Counted from the stretch's first letter, positions 1 to 14,004 are shown. The stretch is 64,000 nt of DNA from Williopsis jadinii (GCA_024346625.1 AP024664.1:2108001-2172000), one strand, 5' to 3'. Numbers and translations: made by a program. The notes: generated by a model not told the origin, from the letters alone.

Positions 1-345
1 TCTGATCTGGCTCTAACTTCTTCAGACTTTGTATTGTTGTCTCCTTCTCATCCTCTTGTAACTTTACTGACTCTTCTCAAGTTGAGCAAAAAGGTTTTCC
101 TCAGAGTTTACTTCAATTTTGGTTGGGCCATCTGTTACAATGCCATTGGAATTCCTATTGCGGCTGGTATATTTTACCCGTTCAACCACGCTAGACTGTC
201 ACCTGTGTGGGCTAGTGCTGCTATGGCACTAAGTTCTATTAGTGTTGTCTTGAGCAGTTTAGCACTTAAATGGTTTAAAAGACCCCAAGTTGTGCTCGGC
301 TTAGAGAAGCTGGGAGACTTGGAAGCTGTTGAGCAAGATTTATAG
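1..345 (+). CDS. 3' end (5'-truncated by window) of a P1B-type heavy-metal, probably Cu(I)-transporting, ATPase (Ccc2/Crp1-like)
   Basis: Frame 1 is open from base 1: SDLALTSSDFVLL...NFGWAICYNAIGIPIAAG...LSPVWASAAMALSSISVVLSSLALK. It contains the YN and MxxSS transmembrane motifs of Cu+ P1B ATPases; stop TAG at 343-345. Confidence 0.9.
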   Translation, partial: SDLALTSSDFVLLSPSHPLVTLLTLLKLSKKVFLRVYFNFGWAICYNAIGIPIAAGIFYPFNHARLSPVWASAAMALSSISVVLSSLALKWFKRPQVVLGLEKLGDLEAVEQDL

Positions 346-3300
346 AGTTTTCATTAAATCCATACAGTGTATGTTGCATAATTGAATAGAAGTCCTTGTC
401 ACATAGATTGATGGTATTAATTATCCCAGTAAGATTGGTTTGTTGATGAATGCATATGAGAAACTTACCCTGGATATGCTATCGCTTGACTATGTTGGAA
501 GCGGAACTGAAACATGTGTACCAAGTCACTTTGATCAGCGTGGAAAAGGTACTTACGCTGGACAGACTTCTTTGAAGTTTCATTTAGCAGTAGCCTCTAT
601 GTTTCCAAAGGCTCGATTCAATGGTTGTGGAGACTCAATTTCTTGAATGGTTTATGATTGTTGCTACTTTGCCCATATCATTATTGTTTTTTGATGTCAC
701 CTTTAGACGGAGATTCATTATCCGAACTGGAGTGAATAACACATGATAATCACCATGGTATGATTCAGAGATACCGAATTAGAAGAGCTACTATAGTGGA
801 TGGTCCAAGACTTTGCTGGGATGTTTGGATACAGCTATCTCTTCTTGTTACTTTATTGTAGACTTTGAGATAACCAAGTCTATTGATCACCACTCACTCT
901 GTTTTCCAAATGCTTTGCGTCGAGTCACACAATATACTGTACCCTTTCTGTACTGTGAAGTGTATGTCTTGATAGATTTAGGCTTGGGATATGTCTTGAG
1001 AAGTATGAATTGACCTTTGTTGTTACTCATTGGACCTTTTGTAGCTGAAATCATTCAGCCTTGACCACCTCCTGCTGATTCTACAAGCTACAAACAGGTA
1101 TATAACTAATTATCTATGATAGAGAGCTATACTTCTTGTACTTTAAATCCACTCTCTATGGATCAAAGCGGTTGCCATTGAACGTTGGGGAAGTAGTTGT
1201 CATTGATGCGTTGCTATGGTTTCACATTTGCTGACTGCGACCATCCGAACATCAAAATTGAGCGGGGTTGAGAAAAAACATCAACAAAGCGAAGGGGACT
1301 TTCTTATATCAACACACTCTTTCCATTGACAATTCAGGCATTGAGTCTTTGGAAGATAATGGCTTTAGGATGGAATGCTTCTTTGTACCACATAAGGTTA
1401 TTCCAATTGACTTGAAAGGCTTTGAGTGACTGTGAAAGTCACAGCAACAGCATTAGAGGAAGAGATGAGAGTTTTAAGGGTCTCAACTACTGTACAAGAA
1501 TTTGTCTTCCAATGAGAGCTTTGAAGTTTGACACGTGTATGAGAGGATCATATGGACCATCTTGATAGTCTCTTACTCAAAGGACTGGGTGAAACGCTAT
1601 CTCTCTGTCTCATGCATAAAGTATAGACATGTCTCTTTGGCTAAAGATTCTACAGCTAGGGATCAACACATCTACGTATTTGAGTTGGCATTTCCATTGG
1701 TTCTCAAGAACAACAACTTGATGAAGCGTACACAATGATCGTATAAATACCACGGTATTTCCACTTTCTGCGATTTGATGGTACTTCTTGGTATTGATTT
1801 GTATTTCGTTGTCTGTGAAACGCAAACTTGATATGGGTCGTGAAATAGCGAAGTCTTATACGACACAATTGAGAAGTCAACTACGCATCGACAATAACAC
1901 ATAAGTGAAGACATGTCTATGTTGTGTGATTGATGTGGAAGCTTTCTCATCACTCTTCACTTAGCTACACCAAGTTCCAATCAGACTTGATAATGTTCAC
2001 CGTGATTCATGATGACACTTATATTCTCATAACTCAAGCTCAAGGACATTTGTGCATTTCTCATGGATGGTTCTCCCGGAGCTGAACTATAGTATGAGCT
2101 CTGTCTGAATGTTGTACAATGTGTTGCCGAAGAGTTTTGTTCGCTACCTGGAGATAATGATTGTCGCAATAATTTATGAAGAAGGCGATCTCTCAACACA
2201 ATACAAACCAAAGATAGGCCACCCCAATACTTACCCACGATTCTATGGAAAACGAGGCATACTTTGTGACTTATCTGAACGCTTTATCATAAGTCACCAT
2301 TGTGCTGTCTCGATTTAGAACTCAAGATGATGGAAATTCCAAAATCCAGAACGACTCATGAATCAAGTTGCATTAGGAGAATTCAATTGAGTGGTAGCAT
2401 TGACAGTGAGTCTGTGATATTGGTTGGCTCTTCAATTAATAGATGTGACTTCTTTGAATGCTTTATCATGAGTTTAAACCCAATTTTGTCGTCTTCCAAG
2501 TGGGCACGGTGTCAATTATGGAAACTGATGTGCTGATAGTTTTAATCAATCACTTTGATCTTTTGGGTTTCAGCAGTGTACATCTGAGGCATCATATTCT
2601 GCGCCCATGAGCATGTCTACTTGTGATCCATACTTCTTCAGGCTTTCTATTGCACTTCTTTAACCTCTTCAGTTAGTTGAGAGTGCAGCCAAGATCCAAT
2701 CCCACTGATTAACGACATTGCACACGCGACCAGCCCATGTGGAGACTATCGAATTTGAGTCACTCAATATAATTGATTTACACGTTGTCTTGAGGGTTCC
2801 AACCATGCTGTGTTCATTTCGAGTGGACAAAGTGCTTACACTATCAAGACTTTTCACTGTCCCGTGGAAGATCTCCCACGCCATCTGTACCATGTATTAC
2901 ATCTCGAGTCTGCAGCACGTCTGATTGGTACCTTGGAAGGCTATCTATAAGAACTGTTTGGTTTCCCCAAGGTATCGTCTATTTTACGCAACGCATCATC
3001 TTGTCTTCCACACTATATCGTCCTCCTTCCATATTGGATCGTGTCTTTATCGAATTGTACTCGTTTCCAATAGTTCCGAGTTACTCATCCGAGCTTGGCA
3101 GTACATATGAAGGCTCTAGAATCATACAGGGTATATCTTTCTTTTAGATTGTTGTTGACATTGTAGTTTGAGTAGCATCAATTGAACTTTGTCGTTACTC
3201 AACCAGTCCTCCATACTTACAACTATCGCCTTAGCATCTCATTGAGCTGACACCACACGCCATACATAGTCACAAACTCAGTACTACAAGATACATATGA

Positions 3301-3914
3301 AACGAAAATGTACTTCTGGTCCACTCTCAATCGTTTAAAGCTGTCAGAGTTGCTGCTCATTACTAAACTAGTTATTGTCGATATGCTATTGTTTCAAGCT
3401 CGCGCCATCTCCGAAGAATATTTTTGCTTTCCAGGGAGATGGGCAGCCACAAACCGGGAAACAACTTAAACCCAGTGGTAAGTTCTGGAGCGTAGCTATC
3501 CAGTAGTGGTGGTTATAGCTCGAAAGCTCTGCTAGTTGCCGAGTTATGGGTTTATATAGTATATATTAATTTAGGATATCTCCGAGAATAGGTGAGTCTT
3601 TTTCGGATTATAAAATTTGGGTAGATGTTAACAGTAAGATAATGGAATGAAAAACGCAAATGGTGGAAATACCAGGGTATTTTGGTCTCATTGGAAAGGC
3701 GTGAATTTTGTGAGCGTGGAACAGTGATTTTGGTGGTGGTAGGATGTGTGTGTGGAGTTGTGGAAGCATTTAAGTGTAGGATGTGTCAAACTCCGGGCCC
3801 CACATGGGGGTGGTTGATCCCGAATTGCGCCAATTTACTGCTGGACACCAAGCTGGCGGGGCCACTTTACCTGGATCGGAGCTAATGCCTGAACCGGTGG
3901 CCACCGCGTGGGCG

Positions 3915-5920
3915 TTTTCTCGCCGGTGAATTTGCGAAAAAAAAAAACTTTTCCCTGAATGAACATCAAGGGGGTAGAGGGTAAACAAAGATGTTCCCAA
4001 TGGACACCAATTAGACATCTATGTATTGGAAACATGCTGGACAGAACCTGAGGCCACGATACATCCACCAGGCTGTCGCTAGAGGCTTATGTTTGCCGCG
4101 TGAAGGCCCCATCAACGTTCGCTTGCCGCTGAAACATCATCAAGTGGACACCGTGTCAACAACAAGGCCACCAATGGACACCAATTGGACAACTACATGC
4201 TGGGAATACCCTGGACAGACGCTAGAGACCACGATACATCCACCAGGCTGTCGCTAGAGGCTTATGGTTGCCCCGTGGACATACTGTGGACATCAACTCA
4301 CCGCTGAATCATCACCGAGTGGGCGGCGGGTAAACAACAAGGCCACCAATGGACATTCAATGGATACCTACACACTGGACACATGCCAAACAGACACTGG
4401 AGACCACGATACATCCACCAGGCTATCGCTAGAGGTCTGTGGATGCCTGGTGGCCACCTCGTCGACGTTTTCTCGCCGCTGAATCAACACCAAGTGGACA
4501 CCGTGTAAACAACAAGGCCACCAATGGACACCAATTGGACATCAACGTACTGGGAACATGCCAAACAGACACTGGAGACCACGGTCCATCCACTGGACGT
4601 TCGCTAGAGGCTTATGTTTGCCGCGTGAAGGCCCCATCAACGTTCGCTTGCCGCTGAATCATCATCAAGTGGACACCGTGTCAACAACAAGGCCACCAAT
4701 GGACACCAATTGGACATCTACTTGCTGGGAATACGCTGGACAGACGCTAGAGACCGTGATACATCCACCAGGCTGTCGCTAGAGGCTTATGGTTGCCCCG
4801 TGGACATACTGTGGACATCAACTCGCCGCTGAAACATCACCGAGTGGGCGGCGGGTAAACAACAAGCCATCTATTGGACATTCAATGGACATCAACACAC
4901 TGGAAATACTCTAGACCAACCCTGGCGACCACAATCCACCCACCAGGCTCTTGCTAGAGGTCTGTGGATGCCTGGTGGCCACCTCGTCGACGTTCGCTTG
5001 CCGCTGAATCAACACCAAGTGGACACCGTGTCAACAACAAGGCCACCAATGGACATTCAATGGACAACTACAAACAGGGAAGATGCTGGAGACCACCTAA
5101 GGATGTCTAGGCATCGACTAGGCTCCCGCTGGAGGTCCCTAGAGGCTTGTTGGACGCTCCATCAACGTTCGCTTGCCGCTGAATCATCATCAAGTGGACA
5201 CCGTGTAAACAACAAGGCCACCAATGGACACTCAATGGACATCTACACACTGGGAATACCCTGGACAGACGCTGGAGACCACGATACATCCACCAGGCTC
5301 TTGCTAGAGGTCTGTGGATGCCCCGTGAACATCATCTCGCCCCTGAATCAACACCAAATGGACAGCGGGTCAACAACCAAACACTTATTGGACATGCAAT
5401 GGACATCTACAAGCTGGGAACACACTGGAGACCACGATCCATCCACCAGGCTCCCGTTGGAGGCCCCTAGAGGCCCCCTCAACGCTCGCTGCCGCTGAAT
5501 CATCACCAAGTGGACACGGAGTAAACAATCAGACACCCAATGGACATCTTCTACACAACTACATGCTGGGAATACCCTGGACAGACCCTGGAGACCACGA
5601 TATAGCCACCGGACGCCCCTAGAGGCCTATGGACGCCCGCTGGACATCCCGTGGACATCCCTGGACATCCATGGACATCAACTCACCCCTGAATCAACAC
5701 CAAATGGACCCCGAGTAAACAATCAGACACCCAATGGACATCTTCCACACATCTATGTACTGTAAACATGCTAGACCCACCTTAGAGACCACGATCCATC
5801 CCCTAGAGGCCCCCTGGAGGTCCCCTGGAGGCCCGCTGGCCACCCGTGGACATCAACTCACCGCTGGTTCACTCCTGAATCATCACCAAATGACCGCCCG
5901 CTGGACACCCAGGCCCCCAA
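3915..5920. repeat. IGS2 ~175-bp sub-repeat array, about 11 copies (variant A), degenerate toward 5S
   Basis: GT(A/C)AACAA...CCAATGGACA...CTAGAGG recurs at about 3980, 4155, 4330, 4505, 4680, 4855, 5030, 5205, then irregularly. Confidence 0.93.
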
Positions 5921-6050
5921 TGGACACTCACTACACACCTGCTACACGTCCACGTACGACGCGCCCTATAGCTCCCGCTATAGACAGCCCCCTGGATGCC
6001 CTGGGCCCGCTGGACCTTACCCCTACACCCACCTGCTACATCTACACAGT

Positions 6051-6128
6051 GCTTAGTAAGCGGTGTCTTAGTAAGCGGTTCTTAGTAAGCTGCTTAGTAA
6101 GCGGTGTAAGCAGTGTAAGCAGTGTAAC
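6051..6128. promoter_or_regulatory. Cluster of four CTTAGTAAG (Yap/AP-1-type TTAGTAA) motifs plus GTGTAAGC repeats just upstream of 5S; present before every 5S copy
   Basis: TTAGTAA at 6053, 6068, 6082, 6094. Function is inferred only. Confidence 0.5.
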
Positions 6129-6150
6129 CTCCCCCGCGCGCTTCCATTTC

Positions 6151-6271
6151 GGTTGCGGCCATATCTAGCAGAAAGCACCGTTTCCCGTCCGATCAACTGT
6201 AGTTAAGCTGCTAAGAGCCTGATCGAGTAGTGTAGTGGGTGACCATACGCGAAACTCAGGTGCTGCAATCT
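6151..6271 (+). rRNA. RDN5: 5S rRNA
   Basis: GGTTGCGGCCATATCTAGCAGAAAGCACCG...GGTGCTGCAATCT, 121 nt, followed by a T-run (Pol III terminator). Confidence 0.98.
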
Positions 6272-6865
6272 TTTTTTTACCCAAGTTGGGTAACCGGCTT
6301 CCCAAAAGGGGCAGTCTACCCGGTGTCCCAAAAGGGGTAGTCTACCCGGCTGGTGGCCGTGGCCTACACCAGCCCTAACACCATCCACGTGACCCGCCCG
6401 GTGACTGCACACCCTTACACCACACACACCACCCGCACACCACTCACGTGACCCACGTGACCACCCAACACCACCCAAAACTATATAAACCCCCCTCCCC
6501 CCCCGTCAACCACCACCACCACCCACCCATCTACACACATATATATACCTATATACGGGGGCGGAACCGGATACCCCTAGTTTTTTTAAATCATTATGAC
6601 CATCCCGCAGCGGCGCAGGCGCGGAGGGATGGTCGCACTTCTCGCAAAATTAGAAAATCCTCGCCAGCGCTCGTAACCGGAAATTCCCACTGCCTGGGGG
6701 ATCCCCATACTAACGGTTTTGGTAAAATCCCACTTTGGGGCCACATTCCCATTTCCCGTGGTTGTCGTTGTGGGAATCTGTTGGTGTAGCCATAGGTTGG
6801 TCTTGGTCTGGTCTGGGTGTCTTTCCTAAGTGTTTGGACTTGGTGTCTGTGGTGCCCCAGTGTGG

Positions 6866-7065
6866 ACCCGCCTAACATTTTAAGCCCATCCCGCCTAGCA
6901 TTTTAGGCTGACCACCCGCCTAGCATTTTAGGCTGACCACCCGCCTAGCTTTCTAGGCTTATCCCACCCGCCTAGCTTTTTAGGCTGACCACCCGCCTAG
7001 CTTTCTAGGCTTATCCCACCCGCCTAGCTTTTTAGGCTGACCACCCGCCTAACTTTTTTAAGCCC
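6866..7065. repeat. IGS1 25/29-bp tandem repeats (CCACCCGCCTAGCATTTTAGGCTGA family), 8 CCCGCCTA cores
   Basis: Direct reading; most units contain the inverted repeat GCCTA-N6-TAGGC. Confidence 0.93.
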
Positions 7066-7166
7066 AGCCTGGAAGCCCAGCCCAGCCTAGCCGGTGGAAA
7101 CCCCCTCCCCTCACGAAAAACAAAAATTCCTCCTGGGAGCTCTGGTGAAAAATTAAAAAAAATTCA

Positions 7167-7293
7167 ACCACTCACACCAACTGTTACCCTACCGTCATAA
7201 AACCTCAGAGACCATCTTCATCACAACACCCACACACCCCGTGACAAAAAAGCAAAAACTACACCACTCACACCAAAGATTACCCTACCGTCA
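7167..7293 (-). terminator. Probable Pol I terminator: two Reb1/Nsi1-like sites (TGACGGTAGGGTAA...TTGGTGTGAGTGGT) 96 bp apart
   Basis: TTACCCTACCGTCA at 7184-7197 and 7280-7293, about 186 and 90 nt past the 25S 3' end; GGGTAA core preceded by T-rich tracts. Confidence 0.65.
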
Positions 7294-7332
7294 CCAAAAC
7301 AAATACACAGTCGCCTACGGCAACTGTGTGAC

Positions 7333-7372
7333 ACTCTATCCCCAGCTGGCACCCGCCAGCAAAAAATAGAGT
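7333..7372 (-). other. 3'ETS stem-loop, probable Rnt1 (RNase III) cleavage signal
   Basis: ACTCTAT-TTTTT-GCTGGC-[GGGT]-GCCAGC-TGGGG-ATAGAGT on the transcribed strand, about 10 nt after the 25S end. Confidence 0.7.
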
Positions 7373-7382
7373 TGCCGAAACA

Positions 7383-10768
<3,386 letters not shown>

Positions 10769-10944
10769 TTAGAAAGGTTGTTCAGCCGAGCTCTGCCTGG
10801 AAGTCTGTCTGGAAAATAACGAGTTGGTAGAACCTAATACATTATTTCGGCCCAGAGGATTTCTAGGGGGAGCTCTGCCTAGAGTATTTCAAGTTAACAC
10901 AGAGTATCACTCAATACCAAGTCCCCTAGAGGATCTTGAGAGAG
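10769..10944 (-). other. ITS2
   Basis: Between 5.8S and 25S. Confidence 0.95.
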
Positions 10945-11102
10945 AAATGACGCTCAAACAGGCATGCTCTCTGGAATGCCAGAGAGCGCAATATGCGTTC
11001 AAAGATTCGATGATTCACGAAAACCTGCAATTCACATTACGTATCGCATTTCGCTGCGTTCTTCATCGTTGCGAGAACCAAGAGATCCGTTGTTGAAAGT
11101 TT
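10945..11102 (-). rRNA. RDN58: 5.8S rRNA
   Basis: AAACTTTCAACAACGGATCTCTTGG...GAGCGTCATTT, 158 nt. Confidence 0.98.
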
Positions 11103-11242
11103 TGAAGATTAAAATTCAAATTGACTAGTTTCTAGAGAAAATAAATTTCTGTGTTTAAAACCTTTGGCAGAGCCAAAGCAAAAGAAGCAAAATACACTGT
11201 GTATTGGTTGGAGCCGCGCTAGAAGCGCAGGCCCAGGTTCTC
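11103..11242 (-). other. ITS1
   Basis: Between 18S and 5.8S, 140 nt. Confidence 0.95.
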
Positions 11243-11300
<58 letters not shown>

Positions 11301-11384
11301 AATGACCAAGTTTGACTAGATTCTCGGCTCCAGGCAGGAGTCGCCTCCCGCCATAAGCCAATCCTGAAGCCTCACTAAGCCATT

Positions 11385-11430
<46 letters not shown>

Positions 11431-11869
11431 ATCAACGCAAGCTGATGACTTGCGCTTACTAGGAATTCCTCGTTGAAGAGCAATAATTGCAATGCTCTAT
11501 CCCCAGCACGACGGAGTTTCACAAGATTACCCATGACCTCTCGGCCAAGGCTAGACTCGCTGGCTCCGTCAGTGTAGCGCGCGTGCGGCCCAGAACGTCT
11601 AAGGGCATCACAGACCTGTTATTGCCTCAAACTTCCATCGACTTGAAATCGATAGTCCCTCTAAGAAGCGTCAGCACCAGCAAAAGCTAGTCGCGCTATT
11701 TAGTAGGTTAAGGTCTCGTTCGTTATCGCAATTAAGCAGACAAATCACTCCACCAACTAAGAACGGCCATGCACCACCACCCACAAAATCAAGAAAGAGC
11801 TCTCAATCTGTCAATCCTTATTGTGTCTGGACCTGGTGAGTTTCCCCGTGTTGAGTCAAATTAAGCCGC

Positions 11870-11938
<69 letters not shown>

Positions 11939-13033
11939 AGAACCCAAAGACTTTGATTTCTCGTAAGGTGCCGAGTGAGTCATTATAAAAACAACACCCG
12001 ATCCCTAGTCGGCATAGTTTATGGTTAAGACTACGACGGTATCTGATCATCTTCGATCCCCTAACTTTCGTTCTTGATTAATGAAAACGTCCTTGGCAAA
12101 TGCTTTCGCAGTAGTTAGTCTTCAGTAAATCCAAGAATTTCACCTCTGACAACTGAATACTGATGCCCCCGACCGTCCCTATTAATCATTACGATGGTCC
12201 TAGAAACCAACAAAATAGAACCAAACGTCCTATTCTATTATTCCATGCTAATATATTCGAGCAAAGGCCTGCTTTGAACACTCTAATTTTTTCAAAGTAA
12301 AAGTCCTGGTTCGCCTCTCCAGAGGGGAGGGTAGCCAGAAGGAAAGGCCCGGCAGGGTCAGTACTCGCCAAAAAGCGGACCGGCCTGCCAGGCCCAAAGT
12401 TCAACTACGAGCTTTTTAACTGCAACAACTTTAATATACGCTATTGGAGCTGGAATTACCGCGGCTGCTGGCACCAGACTTGCCCTCCAATTGTTCCTCG
12501 TTAAGGTATTTACATTGTACTCATTCCAATTACAAGACCCAGAAGGGCCCTGTATCGTTATTTATTGTCACTACCTCCCTGAATTAGGATTGGGTAATTT
12601 GCGCGCCTGCTGCCTTCCTTGGATGTGGTAGCCGTTTCTCAGGCTCCCTCTCCGGAATCGAACCCTTATTCCCCGTTACCCGTTGCCACCATGGTAGGCC
12701 ACTATCCTACCATCGACAGTTGATAGGGCAGAAATTTGAATGAACCATCGCCGGCGTAAAGCCATGCGATTCGACAAGTTATTATGAATCATCAAAGAGC
12801 CCGAGGGCATTGATTTTTTATCTAATAAATACACCCCTCCCAAGCAGTCGGGGTTTTTAGCATGTATTAGCTCTAGAATTACCACGGTTATCCAAGTAGT
12901 AAGGTACTATCAAATAAACTATAACTGATTTAATGAGCCATTCGCAGTTTCACTGTATAAATTGCTTATACTTAGACATGCATGGCTTAATCTTTGAGAC
13001 AAGCATATGACTACTGGCAGGATCAACCAGATA
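11243..13033 (-). rRNA. RDN18: 18S (SSU) rRNA
   Basis: TATCTGGTTGATCCTGCCAG...GCGGAAGGATCATTA, 1791 nt. Confidence 0.98.
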
Positions 13034-13736
13034 ACTATCCTTTGGTTAGGGGGTGTCGTCTAGGCGGAGCTGACTAGGCCGGTGTGCCTACGCTGCCTAG
13101 AGCCGGGTCCGCCCCCGTTTCCAGCGGGAGAAGTTCTCCCTGAAGATATTATGTGGTAAAGCAGTAGTTCGTTAGAACTACTGGTGCTTGCCCCCAGCCT
13201 GGAGAACCCAGGCAGGGAACAGAACACATCCATATAGCCCTCTTTAAATTTCCTCTAGCACAGGCTCCGCTAAACTCCAGTGCCGTGTTTCATGCGTCCC
13301 GGGTTTAGCATCACTGGCTTGAGAGGAGGTCACGCCGCCTGGACTCACGTATCGCTACGGTTATCCAGGCAGGTATGCCCCCAGGATTCTAGTTACAACA
13401 CTTGCCATAGGCTAGTAGTCCACTAAATCCCTCAGTGCCCGCCCGTGGAAGAACTCCCAGACGGGACTGCTCAGGCGTAGGCCGAAAAACATCAAAAGAA
13501 AAAGGATCCCCCCCTATGGTCTCTCCCTAAACCCAGAACGGGCAAAGAAGGTGTTGTTGATGGAAGGAGAGTCTCCCTTCACTTACCGAATGCCCAACGA
13601 ACCCATCCCCGCCCATGTCGACACGGTGTACAAGGCAAGCACAGTCTGGCGACCACACTAGCACCTTCACCACCGTCCAACAAGGCCTGTGGGCCACTCC
13701 AGACGACTTTTTCAAATCGTCCAAACGCTCCCACAT
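13034..13736 (-). other. 5'ETS; predicted Pol I start at 13736
   Basis: GGAGGTACTAC|ATGTG matches the S. cerevisiae start context GGAGGTACTTC|ATGCG; gives a 703-nt ETS (about 700 in S. cerevisiae). Confidence 0.8.
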
Positions 13737-14004
13737 GTAGTACCTCCGAGCCTCTTTCATCTTTGGAAGACTGATCAGGTGTGGACTTGTGTTTTCTGGA
13801 TTTTGAATTCTTCAATCGTCTGTAGTCTCAGAGCTATACCAACGCCGTCTACCGCCTGCATATACCCTGCGTCAATGTTTTGGGTTCGCCTCATACATTT
13901 TGGATTTTCAAGATTTCGGCCACGCGTTTTTGGGACAGGCCACATATTTTGTTGTTGGCCGTCCCGAAATTGAGATTCGGTTTCAGAGTGTTCCGGAAGT
14001 GAGA

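Noticed and set aside
3305..3420. Faint similarity of the unique flank to spacer 14165-14360 (GTCCACTCTC, TTTCAAG.TCGCGCCA)
   Set aside because: Matches are too short and not collinear at the right spacing; could be chance.
4021..6168. ORFs of 60-176 aa in the 175-bp repeats (and their copies elsewhere)
   Set aside because: The period is not a multiple of 3, frames shift between copies, and there is no recognisable domain; these are repeat-derived shadows.
6386..6460. GTCACGTG boxes as point-centromere CDEI
   Set aside because: No AT-rich CDEII or CDEIII follows, and the element is present in every rDNA unit.
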